This document shows positions 1 to 10,100 of a stretch of 43,016 nt of DNA, in pieces; positions within the stretch are counted from its first letter, which is position 1; the number at the start of each line of letters is the position of its first letter. Location: positions 1-43,016 of IMG/VR virus record IMGVR_UViG_3300002026_000066. One strand, 5' to 3'. The notes under the pieces were generated by a model. It was given only the letters and a program-made list of their open reading frames with translations, did not search any database and was not told the DNA's origin. The translations under genes were made by a program, and so were the position numbers. The stretch comes from a virus.

Positions 1-91
1 CGGGTTGACCGTGAACGCGAGGCAGCATGCTCAAAAAACGACTGGTTTCATTGGCCGCATCGGCTGTTGCCCTGGTGGAAAGCTGTGCGGC
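1..91. repeat. Terminal direct repeat, copy 1 (circular-assembly overlap or terminal redundancy)
   Basis: Bases 1-91 (cgggttgaccgtgaacgcgaggcagcatgc...gctgtgcggc) are read again, identically, at 42926-43016. This gives a unit length of 42,925 bp. Confidence 0.9.
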
Positions 92-2738
92 CGTGCCCGC
101 CCCGGCGCAGGGGCGGCACATTCTGCTGGGGGCGGGTGATGGCGGTGGCACCACGGTGCCAGGCCTGACCCGTTTTTTCAGCCAGGTGGTGGAGCTGGCA
201 GAGGGCACCACGCAAAGCTGGGTGACCATTACCCGGACGGGTAATTTCACCGACCCGCGCTATGGCAATTTCCAAATCACGCCCACCCATCTGGACCAGA
301 TGGTGACCAACTTCAACGCCCGTGTGTTGGGGCAGGAGGTGTTTTTGGACGTGGCGCACCGCCCCAATGACGGCGCGGCTGGCAAGTTTGTGCGGCTGTC
401 TGTGGAAAACGGGCGGCTGCGCGGGCTGGTGGAGTGGACCGCTTTCGGCGTGGCCGCCGTGAAAGAGCGTGGTTTTGCCTACCTGAGCGCCGAATACCAC
501 GAAGCCTGGACCGACAACGAAAAGCAGCAGCCCCACGGCTGTGTGCTGCTGGGCGCGGGGCTGACCACCCGCCCCGTGATCAAACACCTTGAACCCGTGC
601 TGCTGAGCCTGGACAGCCTTGACGCTGACCAGGCAGGCATGCGCGTGGGCATTTCGCACCAATTGTTGAAAGAACTGACGGAGAACGCCACCATGAACTA
701 CCTTGACCAACTGAAGGCCAAACTGCTGGCCATGGGCCTTGCCGCTGACGTGGTAACCAAACTGCTGGCCCAAGCCAAAACGCAGTTTGACGCCGCTGCC
801 ACCGATGCCGTGAAAAGCCTTGCCCTGGTTGACACCTGGGCCGCTGCGGGCCAACAGGTGGCCGACCAGATTCGCGCCCTGTCTACCCCCGGCGCTGCCG
901 GTGCGGGCGGTGCTGGTACCGGTGCTGCACAGCCCATCACCATCACCCTGGCGCAGCCTGGCCAAGCCGCTGATGTGGGTGCCGAAGTGGCCCGTGTGTT
1001 GGCCGAGCGCGATGCCACTGCCGCCCAAACCGCCACCACCCTGGCCGCCAACGTGCGGCTGTTGAGCGAGACCATTGCCGCTGGCGACACCACTTTGCAG
1101 CCCGATGGCGTGACCGCCCTGGCGCAAGAGTTTGTGCCGCTGGTGTCTGCCACCAGCACCGAAACCCAAGTGAAGGCCCTGGCCCAAATTGCCCTGCAAA
1201 ACCACCAGCGTGTGACGGCTGCTGCCCGCCTGAGCGGCATGGGCTATGTGCCTGTGGGCAATGCACGCATTGAGGTGGGCACCCCCCAAACGGTGAAGGC
1301 CCTGCAAACCGAGATGGACCGCCGCTTAGGGCTGGACCGCCTGCCCGATGCACAGCGTTACTTTGGTACCGGTGGCCAGCTGCTGGCAGCCAACCGCCAG
1401 TTTGCCGAACGTGCCCTGGCCCAGTTTGATGCCGAGCACGGCGCGCAACTGCACGCCGAGCACCGCATGCTCAGCGGTGGCCAAGGCAGCGTGAGCGACG
1501 TGGCCGTGCCCGTGGCGGCTGAGCGCACCGTGCTGCGCGAGGCGCTGTACAACCTGCAAAGCCTGGCGTTTGTGAACGTGGGCACCGCACCGTTTGCCAA
1601 TGTCATTACCGTGCCGTACAGCTACCGCGACACGGCTGCAGCCGGTGCCGCTGCGCTGCGCCGCTACGAGGGGCAGGGCATTCGCCGTGCGGGCGTGATC
1701 CAGACGCAGGAAGAGGCCCGCCCCATCCCGCAAAAGCTGGCTTTCAGCCTGAGCGCTGAAATGCGGCTGCTGATGTCTGCCAGCCTCATTGACTTTGACC
1801 CCGTGGCCGAGAACGTGCGCAACATCATCCGCATCGTGGGTGAAGACACCGAGGCGCTGAACATGAACGAGCTGGTGTGCAGCGCTGACGAGTTCGGCGT
1901 GGTGAGCCGCACCGACACCCTGACGGCCACCGTGAACGGCACCAACAGCGTGTTTGTGACCAGCCAGTTTCCCGTGGTGCGCCCCCGCAAGGTGTATGAC
2001 CTGAAGGGCGCCCAAGTGGGCAGCACCACCAACCCCATCACGGTCACGCTCAACGCCGTGGCCCGCACCGAGTTTGTGGTGAATGCCGATGGCAGCGCCC
2101 TGGCCGCTGGCACCTACTGGGTGATGGACTACAACCTGGGCGAGCTGCGCTTTGTGACCCAAGACGGTGCACCCGTGGTGCCTACCAACGGTTGGGCGCT
2201 GACGGTGGCTTACAGCTACACCACCAACGCCGTGAAGTGGAACACCGACGCGGTGGTTGATGAAGACGTGAAAGACCGCTACGACCGCTTGCTGACCACA
2301 GTTGGCGGGCGCAAGGCCGTCATCAGCGCTGACCGCTACTACACGCCCAACATGCTGCTGATGAGCGCCACGGTGGACAACGCCGTGAGCCAGGCCCGCA
2401 GCTTTGAAGCCAATGCCAGCCGCGTGGCCACTGGCCTTGCGCCTGATGGCAGCGTGGGCCAGGTGAAGGGCATTGCCACCTTCAACACCAGCGCACCCGG
2501 CTTGCTGATGGGCGACAGCCGCATTCTGGTGGGCGAGCGGGGTAACTGCCGCTTCCGCATGGTGAAGCCTTTTGCCATGAACCCGCTGGAGCAGCAGCGC
2601 GATGCGAATGGCCGCTTTACCGATGGCCAGGAAGGCTTTGGCACCCAGTGGGTGGTGAGCCACACCCCCACGCAGCTGAAAAACAGCCTGACCAGCGTGG
2701 TGCTGTACAGCGCCACAGGCCGCGTGGCCCGCGCCTGA
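27..2738 (+). CDS. Head maturation protease/scaffold-like N-terminus fused to the major capsid protein (903 aa)
   Basis: Single uninterrupted ORF. Residues about 60-170 (WVTITRTGNF...FLDVAHRP...GRLRGLVEWT...YLSAEY) resemble the Mu gpI-type prophage protease family. Residues about 200-480 are Ala/Gln-rich and scaffold-like. The C-terminal roughly 420 aa look like a coat protein, and the gene occupies the capsid position after portal and MuF. The start is uncertain: the first 30 aa look like a signal peptide, and in-frame GTGs follow from 156 onward. Confidence 0.6.
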   Translation: MLKKRLVSLAASAVALVESCAAVPAPAQGRHILLGAGDGGGTTVPGLTRFFSQVVELAEGTTQSWVTITRTGNFTDPRYGNFQITPTHLDQMVTNFNARVLGQEVFLDVAHRPNDGAAGKFVRLSVENGRLRGLVEWTAFGVAAVKERGFAYLSAEYHEAWTDNEKQQPHGCVLLGAGLTTRPVIKHLEPVLLSLDSLDADQAGMRVGISHQLLKELTENATMNYLDQLKAKLLAMGLAADVVTKLLAQAKTQFDAAATDAVKSLALVDTWAAAGQQVADQIRALSTPGAAGAGGAGTGAAQPITITLAQPGQAADVGAEVARVLAERDATAAQTATTLAANVRLLSETIAAGDTTLQPDGVTALAQEFVPLVSATSTETQVKALAQIALQNHQRVTAAARLSGMGYVPVGNARIEVGTPQTVKALQTEMDRRLGLDRLPDAQRYFGTGGQLLAANRQFAERALAQFDAEHGAQLHAEHRMLSGGQGSVSDVAVPVAAERTVLREALYNLQSLAFVNVGTAPFANVITVPYSYRDTAAAGAAALRRYEGQGIRRAGVIQTQEEARPIPQKLAFSLSAEMRLLMSASLIDFDPVAENVRNIIRIVGEDTEALNMNELVCSADEFGVVSRTDTLTATVNGTNSVFVTSQFPVVRPRKVYDLKGAQVGSTTNPITVTLNAVARTEFVVNADGSALAAGTYWVMDYNLGELRFVTQDGAPVVPTNGWALTVAYSYTTNAVKWNTDAVVDEDVKDRYDRLLTTVGGRKAVISADRYYTPNMLLMSATVDNAVSQARSFEANASRVATGLAPDGSVGQVKGIATFNTSAPGLLMGDSRILVGERGNCRFRMVKPFAMNPLEQQRDANGRFTDGQEGFGTQWVVSHTPTQLKNSLTSVVLYSATGRVARA

Positions 2739-2828
2739 AACCCATAACCCCCCGCCGAAGCGTATCCCCCCACCAGCCAAGCGTGCTGGTGGGGTGTGAC
2801 GAGCCAGACGGGGGAACCGGAGCACACG

Positions 2829-3353
2829 ATGAGCGCAACCCAGTTTTACGTGAACGAAACGGCCCACACCCAGTTTGTGGGTGGCCGGATGATCCCGCCC
2901 GGCGAAGGGCGCGATGTGCCCTTGATGTTTTTGCCCGCCACACACCGGCCCGAGCCCGAAGCGACCGTGTTGCACACCGAGCCCAGCATTGACGAGCTGC
3001 TGGCCGACTTGCTGCGCCTGGGCGTGAAAAACATTGTGGTGCAGCTGCCCGGCCTGACGAACGAGGCGCTTGACCGCCTTGAAGCCCTGGAGCGCGAAGC
3101 CACTGCGCCCGCCGTGCCCCGCAAAACGCTGCTGGAAGCCGTGGGTGCCGAGCGCCTGAAGCGTGCAGCGGTCACCTTCCAGGACGAGCTGGACGCGCAA
3201 CACGCCGCCCAGTTGGCTGCCTTGACCCCTGAAGAACGTGCGGCCATTGAAGGTACGGTTGACGGCGTGCGCTTGCTAGCTGCCACGCACGATGCCGCCG
3301 CGCTGCTGCCTCCTGGAGAGCAAGCAACCCCCACACCTGAAGGGCGGGGCTGA
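2829..3353 (+). CDS. Hypothetical head-associated protein
   Basis: The ORF track gives 2796-3353 (GTG start). The ATG at 2829 is preceded by GGAG. High third-position GC, directly downstream of the capsid gene, no recognisable motif. Confidence 0.5.
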   Translation: MSATQFYVNETAHTQFVGGRMIPPGEGRDVPLMFLPATHRPEPEATVLHTEPSIDELLADLLRLGVKNIVVQLPGLTNEALDRLEALEREATAPAVPRKTLLEAVGAERLKRAAVTFQDELDAQHAAQLAALTPEERAAIEGTVDGVRLLAATHDAAALLPPGEQATPTPEGRG

Positions 3354-3356
3354 TTC

Positions 3357-3983
3357 ATGGCTGGTGGCATGGGCCTGGCTGACCTGGTGGCTGACCTGAA
3401 AACCAGCCTGCACGACAGTGCGGCGGTGTTCAAGGCCCCGGCTGATGCCGACTTTCAGCGCTTTTTGCGTGCGGCCCTGGCCGACATGGGCACCAAACGC
3501 CCCGTGACGCGCAAGGCCAGCGTGACGCTGGAGGCCGACACCGCCCGCTATGCCGTGCCCGTGGCCGACTTTGCCGCCTACAAAACAGACATGTGGGCCG
3601 ATGGTGCCCGCCTGCCCAAGCCGTGGGAAAGCGCCTGGCCCGGTGCGGTGCCCCGCGTGGCCGCCACGTGGGACGGCGCTGCCTGGTGGCTTGACTTTGA
3701 GACCGCGCCCACCGCCAAACACATTGCCGCCTTTGGGCAGCGTTTTGAGTTTTGGTACTTTGGCCTGCATGTGCTGGGCGACGATGCCGCCGACACCACC
3801 GTGACGGCGGCTGACCGTGGCCTGCTGCTGCTGCGTGCCCAGGTGGAGGCCATGCGCGAGCTGAGCATTCGCGCCGCCACCAAGCCCGTGCAACTGCGCG
3901 ACGGCCTGAGCGGCGTGGCCCGTAACAGCACACCCGCTGCGCTGCACGAGGTGTTGCTGCGCGTGTTTTGGGAGGCGCGCTGA
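3357..3983 (+). CDS. Hypothetical head-tail joining/adaptor protein (assigned by position)
   Basis: 208-aa ORF tightly packed between head and neck genes. Function inferred from position only. Confidence 0.45.
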   Translation: MAGGMGLADLVADLKTSLHDSAAVFKAPADADFQRFLRAALADMGTKRPVTRKASVTLEADTARYAVPVADFAAYKTDMWADGARLPKPWESAWPGAVPRVAATWDGAAWWLDFETAPTAKHIAAFGQRFEFWYFGLHVLGDDAADTTVTAADRGLLLLRAQVEAMRELSIRAATKPVQLRDGLSGVARNSTPAALHEVLLRVFWEAR

Positions 3984-3985
3984 CC

Positions 3986-4600
3986 ATGGCTGTGCACAAC
4001 GCCCGCGAAATTGCCGTCGCCCTGCGTGCCCATGGTGAGGATGTGCGGCAGTCTGTGGCCGCGCGCCTGAGCCGCATTGCGCAGGAGGCTGTGCGCGACA
4101 TGCGGCGCAGGGCACCGAAGTTTCAGTCGGAGCTGACCAACGGCATCAAGGCCACGTATGTGGCGCAGACGCATTACCGCATTGACGTGGGCGTTGAATA
4201 CGGCGCTGCCGTTGACCAAGGGCGCAAACCCGGCAAGGGCTTGCCGTACCTGGGCACCCCTGCATCAGAGGGCGCGCTGGGTTGGCTGAGGGGCCGCCGT
4301 GCTGATTACCTGCGTACCTTTGTGGGCCCCGTCACCAAGGCCATGCGCCGTGGCCTGGCGCTCAACCCCAAGAAGGGTAGCAAGCTGGCCAACGAGCGCG
4401 AGGCCGATTTGCGCACCCGCTACTTTGCCCTGAGTCGCTCCGTGAAGCGCAAGGGCATCAAGGCGCAACCGTTTTTCACGCCCGTGGTGGATGAGCTGCA
4501 ACGCACCATGCCCCAGTTGCTGGCCGAAACGGTGCAAGCCGCTGTGGCCCGTGCGAACGCTGGCACTGCCGGCGCAAACCGCGCAGGGGGTGCGGCATGA
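3986..4600 (+). CDS. HK97 gp10-like head-tail joining protein (tentative)
   Basis: The ATG at 3986 lies 3 nt after the upstream stop, with GGGAGG upstream. The N-terminal pattern (...RLSRIAQEAVRDMRRRAPKFQSELTNGIK...VGVEYGAAVDQG) resembles the HK97 gp10 family. Confidence 0.45.
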   Translation: MAVHNAREIAVALRAHGEDVRQSVAARLSRIAQEAVRDMRRRAPKFQSELTNGIKATYVAQTHYRIDVGVEYGAAVDQGRKPGKGLPYLGTPASEGALGWLRGRRADYLRTFVGPVTKAMRRGLALNPKKGSKLANEREADLRTRYFALSRSVKRKGIKAQPFFTPVVDELQRTMPQLLAETVQAAVARANAGTAGANRAGGAA

Positions 4601-5022
4601 CCAGCCCAGCCAACACCGCTTTGCAGGCAGTGGCCGACAGCCTGGCCGCCAAGTTGCCCGCCCGGGTGGTGGTGCGCAGCCTGCTGGCTGACCTGTCGCT
4701 GGTGCCCCAGGCCGATTTGCTGGCCGGTGTGTTGTGCGTGGTGGCCGATGGCGGCGCTGACTTTGCCACGCACCGTGGCCGTGAGGCTGACATGGGCACG
4801 CTGAAGTTTGACCTGGTGGGCTATGTGCTGGTGCCTGACGACCAGCCCCCCGCCGCTGTGGAACAGGCCGAGCTGGCCCTGCTGCAAGACGTGCTGGACT
4901 GGGTGGCCAACCCCGGCGCGGTGCACCCGGTGAACGGCGTGTACCCGCAAACGGTGGCCTTCAGCAAGCAGCTTGACGCGCCGTATGGCTGGGTGGGCAT
5001 TGAGATGCAAACCCGCCCCTGA
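4597..5022 (+). CDS. Hypothetical neck/tail-completion protein (assigned by position)
   Basis: ATGA start/stop overlap with the upstream gene. 141 aa, located between head-tail joining genes and the tail tube gene. Confidence 0.45.
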   Translation: MTSPANTALQAVADSLAAKLPARVVVRSLLADLSLVPQADLLAGVLCVVADGGADFATHRGREADMGTLKFDLVGYVLVPDDQPPAAVEQAELALLQDVLDWVANPGAVHPVNGVYPQTVAFSKQLDAPYGWVGIEMQTRP

Positions 5023-5058
5023 CGACACCCCAACCCCTTTTTATTGAAAGTCCGCCCC

Positions 5059-5259
5059 ATGACCGCCAAAAAGCCCACTGCTGACGTGACCGCCGCCGAT
5101 ACCACGGCAACCGGCGCAGCCACCGACACCCCCCAGCCTGAAGCGCGCCAGCCCCTGCCGGTACCCGATGGCGGCTGGCCAGCGGACGAATACACGGGCA
5201 AGGGTGGCACCTATGTACGCGACCCGTACACCGGCATTCGCACGCCGCTGGTGGAGTGA
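5059..5259 (+). CDS. Small hypothetical protein (66 aa)
   Basis: ATG at 5059 inside the track ORF 5044-5259. Thr/Ala/Pro-rich, no motif recognised. Confidence 0.4.
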   Translation: MTAKKPTADVTAADTTATGAATDTPQPEARQPLPVPDGGWPADEYTGKGGTYVRDPYTGIRTPLVE

Positions 5260-5317
5260 GCCGCGCCAACCCGTATCAACCCGTATCAACCCAACCGATT
5301 TTTAAAGGAGTCCGGCT

Positions 5318-6247
5318 ATGGACATGAAGAGCATGGTTTTGTTGGCCGTGGCCCAAACGGCCAAAGGCACCGCTGGCACACCCGTACCGGGTACGCATGC
5401 CATTTTGTGCAAGGGGCTGGTGCCCACGCCCATCAAAGGGCAGTTTGTGGAACGCAACCTGATTACGGGGAGCGAGGGTAACCAGGGCGGCATTTTCACG
5501 GGTGAGCACCGCCAGTTTGAGTTCGAGGTGGAGCTGGCCGGGTCCGGTGCGGCGGGCACAGCGCCCAAATATGGGCCGCTGCTGACCGGCTGCGCCATGA
5601 ACGAGACCATTACCGTAAGCACCAGCGTGGTGTACCAGCCGGTGAAGGGTGTGGGCAAATACATGACGCTGGCCATCTTTTTGGAGGGCGTCCAGTTTTT
5701 GATGACCGATGCCCTGGGCACCGTGCGCTTTGAGCTGAACGCGGCGCAAATTCCGGTGATGAAGTTCACCTTTATTGGCAAGTATTCGGCCCCTACCGAT
5801 GCGGGCGTGCCCGCGGGTGTGGTGTTTACGGGCTTTCAAAAACCGCTGGTGGTGGGCGACACCAACACCGACGTGTTCACCCTGGGCGGTTTGAATCTGG
5901 TTGTGGAGAGCTTTGGGCTTGACCTGGCCAACCAGGTGGCCTGGCGCGAGCTGATTGGCGACAGCGGCGCTCGCAAGACTGACCGCAAGGCCACGGCCAG
6001 CGCGGTGTTTGAGATGACCGATGTGGCTACCCGCAACTGGGCCGAGAGCGTGCGCACGGGTGCCGAAATGGCGCTGGCCATTACCCATGGCCTGACGGCT
6101 GGAAACATTGTGCAACTGGCTTGCCCGAAGCTGGAGTTCAACGCCGAGCCCAGCATTTCCGACGGCCAGGGCACGGCCATGCTGAACGGCAGCTTTGCCG
6201 TGAAGCCCAACACAGGTAACGACGAGGTGGTGCTGACCATCCGTTGA
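5318..6247 (+). CDS. Major tail (tube) protein
   Basis: AAAGGAG ribosome-binding site upstream of the ATG. 309 aa, located immediately upstream of the chaperone, its frameshift extension and the tape measure gene. This is the canonical gene order of phages with long non-contractile tails. Confidence 0.55.
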   Translation: MDMKSMVLLAVAQTAKGTAGTPVPGTHAILCKGLVPTPIKGQFVERNLITGSEGNQGGIFTGEHRQFEFEVELAGSGAAGTAPKYGPLLTGCAMNETITVSTSVVYQPVKGVGKYMTLAIFLEGVQFLMTDALGTVRFELNAAQIPVMKFTFIGKYSAPTDAGVPAGVVFTGFQKPLVVGDTNTDVFTLGGLNLVVESFGLDLANQVAWRELIGDSGARKTDRKATASAVFEMTDVATRNWAESVRTGAEMALAITHGLTAGNIVQLACPKLEFNAEPSISDGQGTAMLNGSFAVKPNTGNDEVVLTIR

Positions 6248-6345
6248 TGAGCGGCCTGCCGCTTTTGCTGCTGGCATGGCTGTTTTGGCAGCTGGCGCAA
6301 ACGGCCCCCAAACCATTTTCATTTCACATTTTGAGAGCACACACC

Positions 6346-6711
6346 ATGGCATTCAAGCGCGCACTGAGCCCCACATTCCCAGCCAAAGTAACGGTGAACG
6401 TACCCAACAGCACGGGTGGTTTTGACAAGAACACGTTTGAGGCGGTGTTTCGCCGCCCGGTGCCCGTCAAAGACGACAACGGCAAGGTGACCGAGACGGA
6501 CCTGGACGTTTACAAGCGCGAGACCGAGCCCGACGACAAGCAGTTTTTGCGTGATTGGATGGTGGGCTGGACGCTGAAAGACGAGGACACCAAGCAAGAC
6601 GTGCCGTTTGACCCGGTGGAGCTGGAGGCGTTGCTGTCGATTGAGCCCACCCCCAGCGCAACGGTGACGGCGTTTTACATGGCGTACCGGGGCGTCAAAG
6701 CAAAAAACTGA
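6346..6711 (+). CDS. Tail assembly chaperone (gpG-like, zero-frame product)
   Basis: ATG at 6346 inside the track ORF 6244-6711. The gene ends ...GCA AAA AAC TGA and lies directly upstream of the tape measure gene. Confidence 0.7.
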   Translation: MAFKRALSPTFPAKVTVNVPNSTGGFDKNTFEAVFRRPVPVKDDNGKVTETDLDVYKRETEPDDKQFLRDWMVGWTLKDEDTKQDVPFDPVELEALLSIEPTPSATVTAFYMAYRGVKAKN

Positions 6712-7172
6712 CCGAGGCGGCCCGGCACTGGGCGGGGGGAGACAAGCCCGCCACCAGTGCCCAGCCGCTGCAAGTGGACGACGGGCTGGTGCAGGCCATG
6801 CGCGCAGCCGGCGCCACCGAGGCAGACATTGCCCAGGTGGTGGCCGAGCGGGGTGAGGCCCCAGCTGGTGAGCCAGATGAAGACGATGCGGACGATGCCA
6901 GAGCCTTTGCCGTGGAGCCCGACAACTGGGACAACTGGCTGATTTTTTTGGCCGTGAGCACGCAGTGGGTGTGGGCCAGCATGGGAATGGGCGGCGCGGC
7001 CCGTGTGGCACTGAACTACGGCGCGGTGGAAAGCGCACTGCGGATGCAGGGCATCAAGCGCAAACGCTGGCCCGGTGTGTTTGCCGACCTGCGACACATT
7101 GAGCGAGCGGTGCTGGTGGCAGACAACGAAGTGCGGGCGCGACACCCACAAGGTGGCCGCCGGCGAACCTGA
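6346..7172 (+). CDS. Tail assembly chaperone frameshift fusion (gpGT-like; -1 shift at 6702-6708)
   Basis: ORF 6774-7172 is in the -1 frame relative to 6346-6711. That frame is open from the slippery site and ends 7 nt before the tape measure start. Confidence 0.6.
6702..6708 (+). promoter_or_regulatory. Programmed -1 ribosomal frameshift slippery heptamer A_AAA_AAC
   Basis: X_XXY_YYZ heptamer in the correct phase at the last codons of the chaperone gene. I read the -1 frame codon by codon from 6708 and found no stop before it joins ORF 6774-7172. Confidence 0.65.
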
Positions 7173-7181
7173 AAGTGTGTG

Positions 7182-10100
7182 ATGGCCTTGTCCAAATTGG
7201 TGGTTGAGATTGCAGCCCGTATCCGCGAATACATGGCGGACATGGACAAGGCCGCCACTGCCACCGAGGCCAGCGCAGCACGCATTGAGCGGGCTGACAA
7301 AACCATGGTGGATGCCGCCAAAGACGCGGCCACGGGCCAAGCCACCATGGCCGACACGGCCGTGCAAGTGGCTGCCCGTATGGGCCCGGTGGGCGGTGTG
7401 GTGGCTGCCGCAGCAGCGGTAGTGGCTGGCTATGGGCTGGCCAGCTACAAGGCCGCCCAAGAAAACACGGCTCTGGTACGTGCGTTGGCGCTGAGCGGAA
7501 ACCAGGCTGGTGTGACTGCCGGGCAATTGCAGGGCATGGCGGCGGCCGCCAGCCATGTGGTGGGCACGCATGGCCAGGCTGCTGAGGCCATTGGGCTGAT
7601 GGTGAGCGGTGGCAAGGTGGCGGGTGAGAACCTGCAGGCCCTGACCGTGACGGCACTGAACGCCAGCCGCACACTGGGCATTGGCGTGCAAGAAACCGTG
7701 AAGCATTACGAGGCGCTGGCCGACTCGCCCACCAAGGCCAGTGCCAAGCTCAACGAAAGCATGGGCTACCTGAACGCCGAAACCTACCGGCGCATTCAGG
7801 CGCTGGAAGAAATGGGCCGCAAAGACGAAGCGGCTGCACTGGCACAGCAAACCTACGCCAGGGGCGCGGACGATGCCATCAAGAAGGTGGAGGCCAGCCT
7901 GGGTTCGTTGCAGCGCGGCTGGCGCAAAGTGGGTAAAGAGGCAGGCAAGGCCTGGGATTGGATGCTTGGCCTGGGCCGCAAGGACGAGGTGCAAGACTCG
8001 CTGGCTGGGCTGCGGCAGAAGCTGGACGAGAAAGAGCGCCAGTTGCGGGCCGGGTTTGCCACCACGGGTGGTGGTGCTGCGGTGGGCATGCGGGGCATGT
8101 CTGATGACCGGCGCGGGCAGCTGGAGGCTGAGGCTGAAGGCTTGCGCGAGCAAATTCGCTTGATGGGCAGGGCTGGTGCCACAGCTGCGGCCAATGCGGC
8201 TGCATCGGCGCGGTACCAGAAAGAGGGCATTGAGTGGGCCGACAAAGCCGCCGCGGCCGAGGAGCGCTTGAAATCAAACGCGACCAAGCGGGCCGAGGCC
8301 ATTGCAAAGGCCGATGAGGCTTTGCGAGACGGCCACATCAGCACCGTGAAGCATGCCGCCCTGGTGGCCGATGCCGAACGCCAGTTTGCCGACAAGGTGA
8401 CCAAGGGCAATGACGGCGAGCGGGAGCGGCTGCGTTTGCTGAAGGCGCAGCAGCATGACCTTGACGAGCTGGTGAAACAACTTTTGGCCCGTGAGAAGGC
8501 CGAGCACGACGCTGGCGTGGCTGCAACCAAGGCGTATGACCAGGCCATTGACCGACAGGACAAGGCCACGGCTAGCGCAGAAAATGAGCTTGAGCGCCAG
8601 CTTGACTTGAACGCTGCGATGGGCCTGGGCAAGGAAGCCGTGGCCGAGCTTGCGGCGGCCAAGATCGAGGAGGCCGCCGCAAGCAAAGAGCGGCAGGCCG
8701 CACTGGCCGATGACATTGACTGGTCTGGCCGCATGGGCGACGCCTACCGCGACGAGGCCGCTGCGCTGTACGCCCTGGCCAAGGCCAAGCGCGAGGGCGC
8801 AGCAAAATCCGTGCGCCTGGACAACGACAAGGCCTGGAAAAAAGAGGTTGACGACACGGCCAAAGACGCCGCCGCCGAATGGAAGCGCACCAGCCAACAG
8901 ATCGAGCAAAGCCTGACCGACGCCCTGATGCGCGGTTTCGAGTCAGGCAAGGACTTTGCCAAAGTGCTGCGCGACACCGTGGTCAATATGTTCAAGACGA
9001 TGGTGCTGCGCCCCATCATCAGCGCAGTAGTCAACCCGGTGGCTGGTGCCATCACTGGTTCACTCGGGCTGCCCGGTGCGGCCAACGCATCCACAGGCAG
9101 TGACCTGCTGGGCACAGCCAGCAACCTCGGCAGCGCATACGACACCCTGAGCAACGGTGTGTCCAACGCCGTCACGGCAGGCTTTGACAAACTCGCCACC
9201 AGCGGGTTCGGTCAAAAAATCGGCTTGTCTGATTCCATCGACTTTGGCACTGGCTACGAGCAAGTCGCAACCAACAGCACCGGGGCCACGTTGGGCCAAT
9301 ACGCAGGCATGGCAGGCAACGCCCTGGCTGGGTACGGCCTGCAAAAAGCCATCTCCGGTGGCTACAAAACCGGCGAAAGCGGGCTGGTGGACGCCATCAC
9401 CGTGGCCGCCAGCGCCTACTTTGGCCCCATTGCTGGCGTGGCGGCGGGCGTGTTCAACCGCGCCTTCGGCCGCAAGCTGGCCGACCAAGGCATTCAGGGC
9501 CAGTTCGGTGGCGAAGCCGGGTTCACCGGCGAAAACTACACATTCGAAAAAGGCGGCTGGTTCCGCAGCGACAAGACTAAGACAAGCGCGCTCGATGCTG
9601 GCATGCAGTCCGGCCTTGCCGACCAGTTCAACGCCATTCGGGTGCAAACCGCACTCATGGCCACCGTGCTGGGCGACACCGGCCAAAGCGTGGCCGACTT
9701 CACCAGCAGCATCAAGCTCAGCTTCAACGGGCTGACCGAGGCGCAGATTGGCGAAAAGCTGGCCGAAACCTTCGCGGGCATCGCCAACGACCTGGCCAAA
9801 ACCGTGCTGGGCGACAGCGCCTTTTCCAAAGAGGGCGAAGCTGCCAGCCAAACGCTCCAACGCTTGGCCAACAGCCTCACCACCGTCAACGGCACGTTCG
9901 ATGTGCTGGGCTTTTCGCTGGAAGCCGTCAGCCTTGCAGGCGCAAACGCCGCCAGCGGGTTTGTTGACCTCATGGGCGGGCTCGACGCCTTCAAAGCCAC
10001 CACCGCCAGCTACTACGCCAACTTTTACAGCGAGGCAGAGCGCCAGGCCAAAGCCACCGAACAGCTCACCGCGCAGCTGGCCGGGCTGGGTCAAGCCATG

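Noticed and set aside
27-116. Signal peptide or lipoprotein signal at the N-terminus of the capsid fusion protein (MLKKRLVSLAASAVALVESC).
   Set aside because: The residues before the Cys (V-E-S-C) do not fit a lipobox, and an exported capsid protein makes no biological sense. An over-extended start codon is more likely. This is noted under the fusion finding rather than called as a feature.
1326-3203. Very long antisense ORFs, for example 1326-3203(-), 9060-10850(-), 26193-28424(-), 36269-37885(-), 39159-40868(-) and 5276-6352(-).
   Set aside because: They are shadow ORFs, typical of high-GC DNA. Their translations are rich in Gly/Ala/His/Arg/Gln low-complexity sequence. They lie opposite sense-strand genes that have clear family motifs and strong third-position GC bias.
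5267-5292. Tandem and dispersed short repeats considered as a possible CRISPR array. This also applies to 17900-17951 and 29309-29500.
   Set aside because: The repeat units are only 7-13 bp, with 2-5 copies and no regular spacers of about 30 nt. No cas genes are present in the genome.
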